Shown: positions 61,951 through 64,000 of the stretch, in pieces
Position numbering within the stretch: position 1 is the first letter of the stretch
How the letters are laid out: each line of letters begins with the position of its first letter
Assembly: GCA_964016885.1 (NCBI GenBank)
Contig: OZ024740.1
Coordinates: 95,790,001-95,854,000 of the forward strand
Length of the DNA stretch: 64,000 bases
From: Eledone cirrhosa
Lineage: Eukaryota
Direction: 5' to 3'
Translations under genes and position numbers: made by a program
Notes under the pieces: model-generated
What the model was told of the DNA's origin: nothing
Databases searched by the model: none
What the model saw: only the letters and a program-made list of their open reading frames with translations

Positions 61951-64000
61951 ATGACCTCACTCAGAATAGGCAGCATAAATGCGCGTGGCTTGGGGTCGTC
62001 ATGGAAGCAGGGCCACCTGCTCAACGACCTCAGGTCACTAAACATAGATGTAGTGGCCATCAGCGAGACCAGAATCTCCGAAGCACAGGCTTTCGCACCG
62101 ATCTTCGGCGGCTACGATGTGTACGCATCTCCCAGCCGTCCGGGATCGGGGGGAGGAGTTGCTGTGCTTTTTCGGAGAGGTTTGGATCTTGCCATACGGG
62201 CCATCTTCCTGGACCCAGAAGGTAAGTTGGTGGTGCTGGACGTGACCAGCGGAGACGGGCAAGCTTTAAGGTTAGTGGCCGTCTATGCCCCGACAGGAGC
62301 AGGGCGGACTGATTTCTTCCGGCGTCTGGAGACCTTTCTTGGAACGTCCCGTTCTTTAGTGTTAGTGGGCGACTGGAACGGGATCTTAGATGCACGCTGG
62401 GATTGTGTGGGATTAGTGGATAGGGAAGGAGGGTGCAAGAGTCTAACCAACCTGCTCAGACGTTTTGAACTGTCTGACAGGTACCAAATGGATTTCCCGA
62501 ATGTACCAATGTGGACTTGGACAAATCGCATAGGGTCATCCAGATCATATCTAGATAGAGTATTTTGTAGGGAAATAGATAGGTCTAGCATAGGCTGTCC
62601 CCAATTCAAGATAGTCAGCTACACGGACCACAAATTCGTGATCTGTGTGCTTGACTTAGATAGGCTTCATAGACAAGGACCCGGCTACTGGAAGCTAAAC
62701 GCGTCCTTACCAGCGCGCAAGGCCTACAGAGACCGGATTAGCGAACTAGTTAAGCGGGCGTTGACGGGGGCCATCGTCAACAACAAGTGGTGGTTTGCTC
62801 TGAAAAGAGCAATTAGAATAGAGTCCATTAGGTTTAGTAAGACTTTAGCAATAGAGAAAAATAGAGCAGAGGGAGAATTAGTTAGAAAATTAGATGAGGC
62901 GCTTAGCAAAGGCATCGCGACCGACGTACTTGCGGCGAAATTGGCCCTTGACCAATTCTTCAATGCAAAGCACGAAGGCTGCGTTGTCAGAGCAAAGGTG
63001 CGTGCTCTCAGACACGAGGGGACGAAAGCCGTTCAATGGGCCCGAGTGGCGGAGGCGCGTCGTGGCAACAAAGCCACGATCCGGTCTTTGGTGGACCACG
63101 ACGGGCGCATGCTACTCGATCCCGGGCATATGTGTGAAGCTTTTCAGCGACACTTCGCTCAACTGTTCGGGGGCAGTGGCGGGCCGGATCGAGGGATGGA
63201 CTTTAGTGTCTACTTCGACGGACTGCCGCGGCTTTCGGCCACTGAGGCGGAGTGTTGCGAAAAGCCGATAACAACCGCTGAAGTACGGGATGCAATGACT
63301 AGTTGCACAAGGGGTAAATCGCCTGGTTTGAATGGTCTGCCCTATGAACTTTACGTACAAATGCCAAACTTGTTCGGAGGCCTCTTGGCGGACGTCTACT
63401 GCAACTGGCAACAGAACGGGAGAATTCCCAGCTCTGTGAGCCGAGGAGCGGTGGCGCTGCTGAGAAAATATCCGAACAAGGAGGATAACATAGATAATTT
63501 TAGGCCCATAACTCTGCTAAACACAGAGTTCAAGATTTTCGCCAAGATGCTAGCAAAGAGGTTGGCGCCTGTCGTTGGTGGTCTGGTGGGAGAGGCGCAG
63601 ACATGCGCCATTCCCGACAGATCCATCCACGACAACCTCCACCTCATGCGATACATCGTAGAGAGGGTAGCTAGGGAACCTGGCACGGGTGGGTATTTAA
63701 TCAATTTAGATCAGTCGAAAACCTTCGATAGGGTCGACCATCGCTTCCTAGCGGCAGTCGTGAGGGCGGCTGGCTTTGGGCCCGTCTTCAGAGGCTGGAT
63801 CGCTGCCATGCACAGCGACATCTGCTCTGTAGTGAGAGTGAACGGTCACCTTTCGGAACCGTTCAATATCATGCGCTCGGTCCGCCAAGGATGTCCCCTC
63901 TCGTCCCTATTGTACGTATTGACTCTCGAGCCATTACTGCACAAACTGGAGACGTTGAGGGGGTTCCCGCGCGAACTAGGATGCGGAAGATCCGTGTCAG
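61951..64000 (+). CDS. LINE ORF2 (APE endonuclease + RT), apparently open to the window end
   Basis: MTSLRIGSINARGL..AISETR..GGGVAVLF..GDWNGILD..YLDRVFC..YTDH..YWKLN..FRPITLLN..RQGCPLS; missing from the ORF track, consistent with no in-frame stop in the window. Confidence 0.9.
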   Translation, partial: MTSLRIGSINARGLGSSWKQGHLLNDLRSLNIDVVAISETRISEAQAFAPIFGGYDVYASPSRPGSGGGVAVLFRRGLDLAIRAIFLDPEGKLVVLDVTSGDGQALRLVAVYAPTGAGRTDFFRRLETFLGTSRSLVLVGDWNGILDARWDCVGLVDREGGCKSLTNLLRRFELSDRYQMDFPNVPMWTWTNRIGSSRSYLDRVFCREIDRSSIGCPQFKIVSYTDHKFVICVLDLDRLHRQGPGYWKLNASLPARKAYRDRISELVKRALTGAIVNNKWWFALKRAIRIESIRFSKTLAIEKNRAEGELVRKLDEALSKGIATDVLAAKLALDQFFNAKHEGCVVRAKVRALRHEGTKAVQWARVAEARRGNKATIRSLVDHDGRMLLDPGHMCEAFQRHFAQLFGGSGGPDRGMDFSVYFDGLPRLSATEAECCEKPITTAEVRDAMTSCTRGKSPGLNGLPYELYVQMPNLFGGLLADVYCNWQQNGRIPSSVSRGAVALLRKYPNKEDNIDNFRPITLLNTEFKIFAKMLAKRLAPVVGGLVGEAQTCAIPDRSIHDNLHLMRYIVERVAREPGTGGYLINLDQSKTFDRVDHRFLAAVVRAAGFGPVFRGWIAAMHSDICSVVRVNGHLSEPFNIMRSVRQGCPLSSLLYVLTLEPLLHKLETLRGFPRELGCGRSVS

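Larger units (their letters stand above)
59749..64000 (+). mobile_element. Young L1/Tx1-clade LINE (runs off the window end)
   Basis: Starts after (ATT)n; 5' UTR, ORF1, ORF2 APE-RT closely related to the 26-35 kb copies. Confidence 0.95.

Overview
AT-rich, microsatellite-dense eukaryotic DNA. The repeat content resembles octopus/cephalopod genomes (inference). Most of the window is retroelement-derived: (i) Penelope-like elements (PLEs; RT + GIY-YIG remnants at 1.1-2.6, 6.8-8.35 and 44.4-45.1 kb); (ii) three L1/Tx1-clade LINEs (26.4-30.7 kb minus, 31.0-35.3 kb minus, 59.7 kb-end plus) and older ORF1 remnants; (iii) a head-to-tail array of R4/Dong-clade RT-RLE LINEs in (TAA)n (46.8-59.7 kb), one with an intact 1130-aa ORF; (iv) tRNA-derived SINEs, an RTE fragment and a Helitron-like non-autonomous element. 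The main signal missed by the ORF track is about 14 minimal type-I hammerhead ribozyme (HHR) motifs. Several lie in or beside about ten fold-back units, mostly built as (TA)n - inverted arm - spacer - arm - tail - (TA)n. These include a near-perfect 349-bp palindrome with an intact HHR on each strand, a 450-nt hairpin fused to an HHR, and a group with a recurrent CCGA (U4C) core. Also noted: a splice donor conserved at the Tx1 ORF1 end with a candidate acceptor in the 3' UTR, a 5'-terminal motif shared by Tx1 and R4/Dong elements, and weak candidate host exons on the + strand. All alignments and folds were done by eye, so boundaries are approximate.
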